This document shows positions 13,851 to 24,450 of a DNA stretch of 64,000 bases, one piece after another. The position numbers and the translations under genes are program-made. The notes under the pieces are model-generated. The model had not been told where the DNA came from and did no database searches. It saw only the letters and a program-made list of their open reading frames with translations. Position 1 is the first letter of the stretch. Each line of letters starts with the position of its first letter. Source of the DNA: Carcharhinus amblyrhynchos (lineage: Eukaryota); the NCBI GenBank assembly GCA_965287045.1, contig OZ336899.1, positions 32,550,001-32,614,000 on the forward strand. The letters are read 5' to 3'.

Positions 13851-13864
13851 GAACTATGAGGTAC

Positions 13865-14144
13865 GGGTAGCACAGCTGCCACAGCACCAGGGATCCAGGT
13901 TTGAGTCCCAGCTTGGGTTATTGTCTGCATATTCTCCCCAAGGCTGTGTTGGTTTCCTCCGGGTGCCCTGGTTTCCTACCACAATCCAAAGAAGTGTGGG
14001 TTAGTTGGATTGGCCATACCAAATCACCCCTTGGTGCCAGCGGCACTAACTAGGGTAAATATACAGTGACAGGGCCTGGGTGGGATTATGGTCTCTGCAG
14101 ACACGATGGGCCAAATGACTCCTTCTGCACTGTAGGATTCTATG
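13865..14144 (+). mobile_element. V-SINE (HE1-like), tail type A (CR1-derived)
   Basis: V-domain ggtttcctccgggtgccctggtttcc; tail gatgggccaaatgactccttctgcactgtaggattctatg. Confidence 0.85.
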
Positions 14145-14711
14145 ATGCTGTAATTGGCTGGAATAGATTTATTCTGCTTCTTGTGGGCAGGGCATAGATG
14201 GGCAATTGTTCACAATCTTGGATAAATGCCAGCCTATTAACTGTCTTGGAACAGTGTGGCTAACAGCACAGCTAATTTTGGAGTGCAAGACATCAGTACT
14301 ACAAGTAGGAAGTTGCCTGGGTAAATACTTGAAAGTAGGTTAGTGCACCACTGTTTCACAACTGCCCTGGAATGTCAGTAGATTATATTCTTAACCCCAC
14401 TAACCTTTAACTCTGAAGTTGCTACTAGTTGAGTCAAACTGATGCTGGAAATTGATTCTGGACAATTTAAACCTCCAAAGCTGCTGTAAAATATTTGCCT
14501 ATTGACTGGTGTCTGAGTAAAGAACACATTTGCATTTGTTTTAGTATGTTTAAAATGTAACCTGAGTGTAATGGTGCTAAGTCATAATGACGTAGACAGC
14601 ATTTCCTCCTTTTGTCAAGCCCTTCTCTGAGAAAAACCAGAGACTGTACTGGAAGAGTAGTTACATCAATTCTTAGAAGAATTATTTCTTAGACTTTCAC
14701 CAAATACTAAT

Positions 14712-14919
14712 GCAAAAATAATATACTGCAGATGCTGGAAATCTGAAATGAAAACAGAAAATTCTCAACTCAGCAGGGCAGACAGCATCTGTGGGAGCAT
14801 GAAACAAAAGCTGCTTTCCTTTCATCTTCACTGTGGTCTGATGACAGTAATCTAAGATTACTCTGTTTCTCTCTCTGCTGATGCTGTCTTGTCTGAATAT
14901 TTTCAGGATTTTCTGTTTG
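14712..14919. mobile_element. Degenerate palindromic PLE pseudo-LTR pair with a decayed hammerhead core
   Basis: Inverted arms aaacagaaaat...gacagcatc...gaaaca and tgtttc...gatgctgtc...attttctgttt; CTGATGA at ~14838. Homologous to the pseudo-LTR of the PLE at 5176-5665. Confidence 0.6.
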
Positions 14920-15139
14920 AAATCGCATCATTTATTATTGTTTAGACTTGACTGATGTACCCTGGCTCTAAGCAAACATGACATGCCACAAGAGTGAAAA
15001 ATCTGAGTTGTTTTCCCTATTTTGACTATTTAAACTCTGAAGATAGCATCAATCATTATTTCTGTATCTGCAAATACTTCATTCTCAATAAACTCCTTAG
15101 TTGTAACACTGTTGAGTCAAATATTTTCAATCCAGTGTC

Positions 15140-15560
15140 AAGCATGGTTCAGTTGATAAAACCTTCCCTCTGAGTCAGTGATAGGAATTAAGCCCAACTC
15201 CCAGAGACCTGAGTGCAAAAATCTAGGCTGACACTCCAGTGCAGGACTGCAAGTTAGAGGTCCTGTATTTCATGAAATGTTAAATTAAGGCTGTATTTGC
15301 CTTTGGTGGAAATAGATGATCCTTTGGCACTATTTTGGAGAAGAGCAGTGGAGTTAGTGTCCTGGCCAGCATTTATCTTTCAATCAACGTCAAAACCAAT
15401 GATCTGGTTGTTATAACATTGCTATTGTGAAAGTTTGAGTGCAAATTCACTGTCACATTTTCCCACCTTAGAACTTCAAAAGTATTTGGTTGGTAAAGCA
15501 CAATGGGACATCGTGAGGTCACAAAAGATGCAATATAAACACAAGTGTGCCTTTCTTTCC
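15140..15560 (+). mobile_element. DeuSINE (SacSINE1/AmnSINE-like Deu domain)
   Basis: aaatctaggctgacactccagtgcag...gatcctttggcactatttt...gaagagcagtggagt...gtgtcctggcca...cttcaaaagta, recognised as the Deu-domain SINE layout. Confidence 0.7.
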
Positions 15561-17184
15561 TTTCTAGTTCAGCAGTCACTTAGTTTCCTACTTGCAAATT
15601 GGCCTGTCAGTGGATAGTTTGCTATCCTTTCAGTGCTGGCATTGGGAGATGGGAGGCCAAATGACAGGTGAGAGTAAGTGTCATAGACTATATTACCAAA
15701 CTGAATCAGAATTTATTGGGTTTAAATTAGATCATAAACCATCCGTGAAGTTTTATAAGGTAATCTGAGCCATATGGTTGTATTATAGTGTGGAATGTAC
15801 AAGTTGGGTACTTGTTTTTTGTATGTAAATTTTTAAACTAATATCAATTCATTAGGTTAGTTGAGTTATGCCAATATAAAGAGAATTTTTACACCGAGTG
15901 CCTTGAGAATGGTGATAAGGCATAGACCTGTGAACTGTAGTACTGTTCTCCACGTTGCTCTTTGGCTGTGTGCCCCTAGTTTCTCTTGAGCCCATTAGAA
16001 GATCACCAAGAAAGAGGCTTCACATTTTGTTTTGCTCCACCCATACTCAATGGTTGCATTAATGGTCTTGGATGTTGTTGGAGACATGGAGTTTGTCTTT
16101 TTTAATACATTCATAGTAGATCATACTCTTGAATTTTTATGCCACTGCCCATTGGACAGTGGCAGTCCACAAATACAACAACAGCTTTAGTTGGATATAT
16201 TTATGTAGCACGAAAAGACTTCAAACCACTTACATGAATTGTAGCAGGGTAACATGGCAAGAATTTGTGTTGATAATAATCTAGGTCAAGTATAACTTGA
16301 GGTGTTCAAGAATACTTGAGGATTAAATTCTATCAGCTTTTTATGTATATAATTGGTTTACAAGGAGCTTGTATTTGTTTCAAAAATGAATTTATATTGC
16401 ACCCTATGGGTGTATGTGGTCTGACATGAATGGATCAAATAGTTTGTAACTGTCTATTAACCTGATATTGCCTTAAATTTTGGATTCTCTTATATTAGAC
16501 AATAGAACATGTAATAATGTAATATTTTTAGAGGATACATATTTCTGCAAAATGTATGAAAACTTTTTCAATGGGTTTTAATTTTGCAATAAATGGGTTG
16601 ACAACAATTGACAAAAGAAAAAGCAACACCTCAACTCACAGCAGACTTTGATTTTCTCTTGCACAATACCTTGGCCTCAGTTGCCTTGTTAATCAGTTCT
16701 GCACTGCATTGTAGGGCACAAACTTGCCTCACAATTACACACTTAACAGTACATTATCAACTGCATAGTCAAATTGAAGATGACCATTCCCCCAAAGCAA
16801 GGGAGATAAAATCAGATATTTTAGATGCCTAGTATAACTGTTCAAATTAAGTTAGGACTTCAGTACAACTATGGAGAGAGAAAATAAGTATCCTGCCATA
16901 CAAACGGTATGTTCTGATTGCTTGCTTCAGCTTAAGATTCTGTGATAGAATATCTATTAATTTCCTTCTTAATTCCAATTAGTGAACTTCCTTAGCTTAG
17001 AACTAAATGCCAAAGTAAATGAGGTTCCATATATCTGACTAACCTATGGTAGACGTAATGTGTTTATGCATTCATTAGTTAATGAGATTGAAGTGTCTTA
17101 TGATATTTGAAATTAATTTTAGTCGAAACAATAATAAATGGTGATGAAAATATAATTTGTTTATGAAAAGCATTTTTTTCATAG

Positions 17185-17260
17185 ATCGTGGAAACAAAGC
17201 TTCAGCTCCACAGCCAGAGGTGCGAGATGACCAGACTTCAGTGGCAAATTATTTGGATAA
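17185..17260 (+). CDS. CEP104: CEP104 internal coding exon (linker before the zinc fingers), 76 nt
   Basis: Acceptor ttttttcatag, donor gtaagt. Reads (x)RGNKASAPQPEVRDDQTSVANYLD and ends in AA, which joins the T of the next exon to give YLDNLCIFC as in vertebrate CEP104. Confidence 0.88.
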
Positions 17261-18599
17261 GTAAGTCCACATTTTAGTTTGTCTGTAACTCATTTTCATC
17301 CAGCCTCCATTGCTCAAAGCCTTTGGTCCAATTTCTTTGTCAACTTAAGCTGACTGAGTGCCATTGTATATACACACAAGGAACAGTAGAAAGCACACAA
17401 GTGCCTTTATTGTCAATAAGTGGAAGTATAAGTGGAGTTGTAGAGAATTTCAGATCAATGTTACCAATTTAAAATTTAGTTGTTGTGAGCCGTCAGTTTT
17501 TTCAGTGTCCGGTGCCTTTAAACTGCGGTTGCTAATGTCTGATATTTATTACTGAACAAGGCCTGCTTGGTAGGTAGCTTTCAGCTGTCTGTGGGGTACT
17601 TGGCCTCAGATTCCCATTTATTCATATGCGGTTCTATATTTTGGTGTAAGAGTTTGGCTGATTTATTCCAAAACTCAGGTTTAAATGTAGGATGAGAGTG
17701 TGGAACATTTTATTCTGGATTGGAAGCAAACAGGTCTAGAAATCAGTTGGTGTGGAAGCTTTGGGCTTGTCTGTCCAGTGCCAGTCAATACTGGTAATGT
17801 GCCTCCATCAGCCCTGGCATGAAGTCTGCCTGAAAGCCAGTTTTAATTCATAGTTTGGACAGATTATCGTGGCAAATACAAGTCATATTTCAGAACAGTC
17901 TTTATGTCTGCTGAAACTGTGAATGGGCTATTGTCTCAAGTCAGTGGGAAATTGTCCTGGATTAAACAGGCTTTTTGCAGAAAGTGAGCAAAGACGTATA
18001 CCTTTTTTTATTAAATGCTGTATGCATTATTTATCGACAGTGCATTGACAACTTGCCAGCTAGAACTCATTGAACATTTTGTTAGTAATTTGACAACTGC
18101 TTGTCTAAGCATATGTATGAAGAATATTAGTCCTTTCCTAAAGTGACGGAAATTTCATTTACTTGTTCTAATTATATTGCATGCATGGTCAGATTAAAGT
18201 CACCTGATCCACAGGACTGTATTGCAGCTTTATAATTACAATGTAACATCAGATGTTGCTGTTACTTATTTATTTGTGAGCTCATTTTTCCTGTTTTTTT
18301 TTAATCCTGCTTGCATGCACACGTGTGCACATATTCTTCTTCCATTCCCCTCAATCTGAAATAAAGATAGGTTCTATATTTCTGTTGTTCACTCTGTTAC
18401 CCAAATGATTGCTGTTTATATCTGGACGAAATGATGAATATGGAAATGATATTCACCTACAGGATATCAAAATGTTTGCTCAAAGGATGAGGCCAGCTCA
18501 AGTTGTACTTTTAAACCTTTTTCTAACCAAAGTCATGTACTACTCCAGAGTGTTCTTGAACAAGAGAAAGGAATTCAAACTCCTTTTGACCTCACCCTA

Positions 18600-18930
18600 A
18601 TCCACATGTCTGCTAAGAACTATTGGACTTTTTGACTATAATACTGAGACCATCTCAATAGCTACCACTGCCTCCCTGACCTCTTCCTATATCCAGACTT
18701 TTATCTCACCATGCCTTCACCATTCTACTTCTGTGATTTCTTCCCCAGCATCCTCAACCATTCATCCTGTCCAAAAGTGCTACTGCTGCCCCAAAGCCTT
18801 TGTTTTCTTATCACAGACTTTCCCACAATTATTGATATTACCAGCCATCTTGTCTTGTCCACCCGTTCATCCATCTTCTCATCCAAAACTGCTCTATTCC
18901 TTAGAGAACGCACCCTAAACTTTTCCACAC
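18600..18930 (+). mobile_element. Decayed L2-like LINE fragment
   Basis: Pyrimidine-rich decayed RT-like sequence similar in character to 52430-53060. Confidence 0.4.
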
Positions 18931-19296
18931 TGTAGGTTATTACTGATAGAATCCCTACCGTTTGGCCCATTGAGCCTGCACCAACTGTATGAAAGAACAT
19001 CTTACCCAAACCCAATCCTCACCATATACCCATAATCTTGCACGTTTACCATGGTTAATTCACTTTTTTGTTTGTTCTTGACTCTAGCCCTCTAATTTCT
19101 CTCCGCTTTGCTTGATGACTTGCAGTGCTGTTTACATGCAAGAAATTATTAAGTAGCTATATCACTAGAACCAAGACAATTGAATCCCTGTGATCCAATG
19201 AAGTGACAATTAAATTGGCACCAGAGCACTGTAACATTTATGTGCTGTATGCATCAGCAGCTGGATTATTGTTATTTTAATTGTCATGCCAGCCAT

Positions 19297-20310
19297 TGGG
19301 CATAGTAGCATAGTGGTAGTGTTACTGACCTAGTAATCCAGAGACCTGTGCTAATGCAACAGACGAGTTCAAATTCCACCACATTGGAATGAAATGTTAG
19401 CCTCATTAATAATGATTATGAAACTATTGGAATGTTGCAATAACCCATCTGTTTTATTGCCATTACTTGGTCTAAACCTAAGTCCACACCAACACAATGT
19501 GGTTAACTCGCAAGTCAATCAATTGTATCAAACTGCTACAGGAAGGACAAGTAAGAGTAAAACCAGGCAAGTTGCCTGGCATTGGCAAAAACATACCATA
19601 TCCAATTGACACTGAAGTCTTTTTCCTGTTTGCTAACATTTGGGGACTTATGTTGACACAGGCTAATGAAGCAATAGTCTGACCTAGTCATACTCTCAAT
19701 CGCTCCTCCATTATCATTCTTGGTTGTGTCCTACCCCATTGGCAAATTAGGCAAAAGGTGGCAAAGCAGTGTTATTCAGTCAAGAGGGAGTTGCCCTAAA
19801 TATCCTCAACATTGACTTTGACCCCAATGAAGTCACAAGGCATCAGATCAAACATGGACAAGGAAACGTCCTGCTGGTTACCATTTACTGACTTCTCTCA
19901 GCTGATGAATCAGTACTTCCTTGTTGAAAACCACTTGAAAGAAGCACTGAGGGTAACTGAATGTATTCCTGGGGCAGCTTCATTCCATCGCCAAGAGTGT
20001 TTGGTGGAACTATGAGTGACTGAGCTCTAAAAGATAAATCTGTCAGATTGGGTTTGTGGCAGGTGGTAAGAGAACCAACAAGAGGGAAAAACCTACTTCT
20101 CCACCAATCTACCTGGAGGAAATGCATCTGCTGGTGACAGTATTAATCTGAATGACCACTGCTTTTGTATATCATTGTGGATGCCTTGCACCCAGCTTAT
20201 TGGCAGTAGCATCATGCTAAATGAGATGGATTCAAAATCCATTTAAAGGCTCAAAACATGGTACCCACGAGGCGATGAGCACCATCAAAACCAGAATTGT
20301 ATTGTACAAC
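19297..20310 (+). mobile_element. tRNA-derived SINE-type head followed directly by a decayed LINE AP-endonuclease region
   Basis: Head gcatagtggtagtgttactgacctagtaatccagag...gagttcaaattcc (Pol III A/B-box-like), shared with 32984-34032. It runs into FANIWGL, DLVILS and GGKAV-like endonuclease motifs homologous to 12900-13800 (-). Confidence 0.65.
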
Positions 20311-20329
20311 AGTCACCACCCTCTTTAAA

Positions 20330-20600
20330 AAAAAAAGAAACTTGTCTCATATATCTTTAAACTTTGCCCCTCGCACCTTTTTAAACCTATGTCCATCTAC
20401 CACCACCAAACCCCCACCCCCAGTCCATGCTCCTCATAATCGTGTAGACGTTTACCAGGTAGCTCCTCAATCTCTGTTGTTCCACTGAGAGCAAACCAAC
20501 TTTCTCCAACCCCTCCTCATAGTTAATGCTCTCCATATCCAGACAACATTCTGGTAAAATCCTTTCTGTACCCTCTCCAAAGCTTCCACATCTTTCTGGT
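20330..20600 (-). mobile_element. CR1 LINE 3' fragment
   Basis: Minus ORF with YEEGLEKVGLLSVEQQRLRSYLVNVYTIM. Confidence 0.7.
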
Positions 20601-20958
20601 GAAAGTCTGTAGTTTAGTGACATAGCTGATGTCAGGCTGGATCTGATTGTTTTGCGGGTTTTAGTTGGTAATCTTTCACTGTTGAAGTTTAAAACTGGAT
20701 ATGTATGTTCTATTTGTTCATCTGGAGACAGCTGGGGAGTTGAGTTCTTTAAAATCTCTATGTATATGGAGAGAGAGTCAAATAATAGCAAACTGGGTTC
20801 AAAATCTTGCCAGGTGGGTAAACTTAGAGGAACAATCCCTCAATTACTTGTCATCTATTTTGCTGAGGGAGTATGTGCTTAAAACACGTGGTTGGTTTCT
20901 CATGTGACCACCCTCCCCAACTGACCAGTAATTCAAATATCATGTATTCTCAGACATT

Positions 20959-21307
20959 ATGTGGGTATGCCGGCGTTGGACTGGCGTAAACAGAGTGAAA
21001 AGTCTGACAACACCAGGTTTTAGTCCAACCTATTTATTTGATAATATACTCACAAGCTTTCGGGGTTAGCCCCTTCGTCAGGTGAATGGAGAGTTCTGGC
21101 CTCAGACAGAGCATATAAAGCACAGACAGTTTAGAGATTACTGATTAGAATCTAATCAGTAATCTCTAAACTGTCTGTGCTTTATATGCTCTGTCTGAGG
21201 CCAGAACTCTCCATTCACCTGACGAAGGGGCTAACCCCGAAAGCTTGTGAGTATATTATCAAACAAATAGGTTGGATTAAAACCTGGTGTTGTCAGACTT
21301 TTCACTC
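20959..21307. mobile_element. Non-autonomous palindromic Penelope-like insertion (inverted pseudo-LTRs plus a 33-nt tail) with a 12-bp TSD
   Basis: 158-bp arms (20992-21149 and 21151-21308), a 1-nt spacer and 2 mismatches. Flanked by TTCTCAGACATT at 20947-20958 and 21308-21319. A hammerhead core lies in each arm. Confidence 0.9.
21213..21252 (+). ncRNA. Minimal type I hammerhead ribozyme (PLE-type); mirror copy on the - strand at 21048-21087
   Basis: ATTCAC-CTGACGA-A-GGGG(CTAA)CCCC-GAAA-GC-TT-GTGAGT. Stem I is ATTCAC/GTGAGT, the cores are CUGANGA and GAAA, stem II is 4 bp, stem III is the palindrome AAGCTT, and the predicted cleavage triplet is CUU. Confidence 0.8.
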
Positions 21308-21999
21308 TTCTCAGACATTGTCAGATCCAGGGAAATCCTCCTCTTAGACTGGATTCCATTGTTAAGGAATTTAGGTTTGATGTTTCGTATCCACACAGTT
21401 GAATATCTGAATGTTGTGCTAATGAAATAAGAAATATGCTTTATTCTCATTTGTCTGAGGTCACTGCCTTTGGGTCTTTGCAGAAATGTGATCTCCATTT
21501 CAGTGGTGTTGGAATGTGGCGTGTACAGTAATGCAAGTTAGGTATCCATCTTGGTTAAGAGTTCAAGCCGCTTTATCCTGATATTTTTGTTAAAGTTCAA
21601 TTACTGTTTTCAATTGTTTGATTAAAAAAGCATAGTTCCATGTCAGCACAAAACCCAAACTGACATTGACTTCAGTACTCCCTCCAAACTGAACTTACCT
21701 GATGAGTTCTGTGTTTCTTTTTTCAAGAGGAAAAGAGTCATGCCCTGTTCACTCTTTCTTGATAGTTATAACCACCTGAGTTCTGGCACTTGCCTTTGCT
21801 ACTTTTGTCCCTTATTAAGTGCTTTGATACTCTTTTCAGAATGTGGAAACCAGAACTATTCACAAAACAGGATCTAACTGCAGTTCAATGCACACCCAAC
21901 ATTATTCCTCTCCTTTTGTATTTTTAATTCTGCCTTTTTATTGCTTTATTAACTTGTTACTACACTGTTGAAACTTCATTTTTCAAGGCATTAGTGGCT

Positions 22000-22660
22000 T
22001 CCTCATTCAACCTGGAAAGGTACGAGGTAATGCTATTGGGGCGGGCTAACGAAAGCAAAGGATTTCATTATGAATGGTGGGACCTGGGGATGTACCCAAG
22101 ATCAGAATGACCATGGAGTGCATGCCCGCAGAGCAGATAGAGAAGGTGGTTAAGAGGACATGTGAAATATTTTTATTAGCTGAGACATAGAATAAAAAAG
22201 AGGGACGTCATGCTGGAACTGTAGAAACAGCAGTTAGGCCACAACTGGAGTAATGAGGAAGAGTTTTTACAGAGTTGAGGAGGAACTTCTTCACTCAGAG
22301 TGGTGAATCTCTGGAATTCTGTGCCCATTGAAGTGGTGGAGGGTACCTCGTTGAATATATTTAAATCATGGGTGGATAGATTTCTGATAGCCAAGGGAAT
22401 TAAAGGTGATGGGGAGAAAGCGGGAAAGTGGAACTGATCCACTTCAGATCAGCCAGGATCTTATTGAATGGCGGGGCAGGCTCGAAGGGCTAGGTGGCCT
22501 ACTCCTGCTCCTATTTCTCATGTTCTTATATAGTGCATGAAGTTCTGGTCACCAAATTATAGGAAGAATGTGATTGTACTGGAGAGGGTGCAGAGGAGAT
22601 TTACAAGGAATTTGCTTGAGCAGGAGGCTCTAAGCAATGAGGAAAGATTGGGTAGACTGT
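22000..22660 (+). mobile_element. Old CR1 fragment interrupted by a young CR1 3' end (~22255-22528)
   Basis: The host breaks at ggccacaactggagta and resumes tagtgcatgaagttctggtcacc. The insert matches the 3' end of 7348-9009. Confidence 0.8.
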
Positions 22661-23059
22661 GTAATGTCCTAACTATGTTGGGGGTTATTTAAACAAAAAG
22701 ATGAGGTTTGCACACATAGATTCAAAGTAACAGCAGCATATTTATTGTAGGAGATGTTGATTGAACAGAGTAGAAAATTAAACTAAGGCCTGTGAAACAC
22801 CCTAATGACGTCAAATCATGCGACCAACTCTTAAAGCAATCCTTCTGCAGACCTTCAGAATCCTCAATCCAATTGCTGCCAGTGTCCTGGAGCAGTAACC
22901 CAAAATAAGGACCACGTCTGATGCATCAGCATGCTATTATCATATCCACACGTTCCCACTTTCTAACTCAGTGGTAAATTTTATGCACACTCTTGTTTTG
23001 TATTCCTAACTTTAAACGTGGGCAAAGATGAAAGATTGTTCAAACTCTCCTTAAAAGTT

Positions 23060-23243
23060 TAAGAACATAAGAACATAAGAAATAGGAGCAGGAGTAGGCC
23101 ATCCAGCCCTTCGAGCCTGCCCCGCCATTCAATAAGATCATGGCTGATCTGTCGCTGCTCAGTTCCACTTTCCCGCCCTCTCCCCATAACCCTTAATCCC
23201 CTCTCCTATCAAAAACCCATCAACCCGCGTCTTAAAAATATTT
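23060..23243 (-). mobile_element. Young CR1 3' UTR fragment
   Basis: aagaacataagaacataagaaataggagcaggagtaggcc tail, near-identical to 32072-32255; short TAAAAATATT duplication at the truncation point. Confidence 0.9.
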
Positions 23244-23694
23244 AAAAATATTTCACAGAGTAATGAATTGTGTCAGTGAACACAATGCTCAGTCAGAATC
23301 ATGTATTGGTATTTCATAAGAATTATATGGTAGCATTCAGTCATTATTAGTGAGTGGTCCTGATGTTCCTACAAGAAATAATTATCATTATTGATAATAA
23401 ATAACCTCTCTGCCTATACATTTTTGATTCTTGTTGGTGATCTGCATTTGCACCGGAAGTATTCTCCCCAGATCTGACTTCTCTTTTCGTTTCCTGCCTG
23501 TGAAGATTTTGGCGAAAACAAAATGAAAAAAGAACACAGCAAACAGGGTCATGGTCTGTCTTTGGCCACGTGTCTTGTGCAGGGAAGGGAGGATGTTTGA
23601 GGAGGCTTAGATGCTAACTGTAAATGAGGTTTGCATAATGTGTATTGATGCAATTTTATTTTGGAACTCACTATCAAGCCATTGTAATTTCTAA

Positions 23695-24050
23695 AATCAA
23701 AAGACATGCTGTCAAAACTTCTTGTTGTGCATTCATCAGAACAGATTTGGCAAGGATGCCAATTGTGAAGGGAATAATTGGATGAGAAGAGATGGCTGAT
23801 TGGCTCTAGTAGAGATGCTGCCATGGAGAAAGCACCAAAGAACATTTAGCTGTCAAATTTTTGTTTAAATGCCCTGTCTTTTGCACCTTTTTCAACTCTA
23901 CAAAAGCTTGGGGGGGGGGGGGGCAAAGCTTTGAATGGAGTTGACCTGCCTGGTTATGAATTTAAAGAAAATTGTTGCTTCTTTTGCAATTATTGAGTGC
24001 AAGATGAAAAGCTTTGACAGATTTTTTTCAGCAATGCTCAAGTTCTGCAC
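23695..24050. mobile_element. Degenerate inverted PLE-like pseudo-LTR pair (separate family) with decayed hammerhead cores
   Basis: The reverse complement of 23700-23755 (ttCTGATGAatgcacaacaagaagttttgacag) aligns with 23985-24030 (tgagtgcaagatgaaaagctttgacag). A related arm lies at 60665-60730. Confidence 0.45.
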
Positions 24051-24341
24051 CAGCAAATGAAAATTCCTAATTTAATCCTTTTTGAACTAGGTTTACTAGT
24101 TGGACTTAGGGTTCACCTTGCCTCAGATGAACGTTTTTCATAGCTTTGTACTGGAGCCATGAAATTAAATTTAGTGCATTGTCCTTCAGCTGCATCTTCA
24201 GACAAGTAATCTGCTCCAATTGTGTCTCTAGATTTACATACTGGAAAATCTAAATATCACCCTGTAATAATTTAAACAGTAATGTAATGGTCATTCTTTT
24301 ACCTACAGAATTAATTTGTGATATCTCTTCTCATCTTTCAG

Positions 24342-24450
24342 TTTATGCATATTCTGTGGGGAAAGGGATGAAATGTTTACTGATGAAGGCTTGGACATCC
24401 ATTACTGGAAGCACTGTCCAATGTTGAGACGTTGCGAGCATTGCAAACAG
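24342..24450 (+). CDS. CEP104: CEP104 coding exon, zinc finger 1 and start of finger 2, 109 nt
   Basis: Acceptor tctcttctcatctttcag, donor CAG|gtatat. Translates (N)LCIFCGERDEMFTDEGLDIHYWKHCPMLRRCEHCKQ, recognisably the CEP104 C2HC zinc-finger region. Confidence 0.95.

Noticed and set aside
1-17184. Upstream CEP104 exons (coiled-coil/TOG region), e.g. after the acceptor-like ttttcttcctgcag at ~2195-2209
   Set aside because: No CEP104-like reading frame with a compatible donor could be identified. A very short divergent exon cannot be excluded by eye.
20959-21307. Palindrome as a DNA-transposon MITE, pre-miRNA or assembly fold-back artefact
   Set aside because: The asymmetric 33-nt tail, hammerhead cores, 12-bp TSD, two arm mismatches and a homologous independent copy at 35391 fit a PLE origin better.
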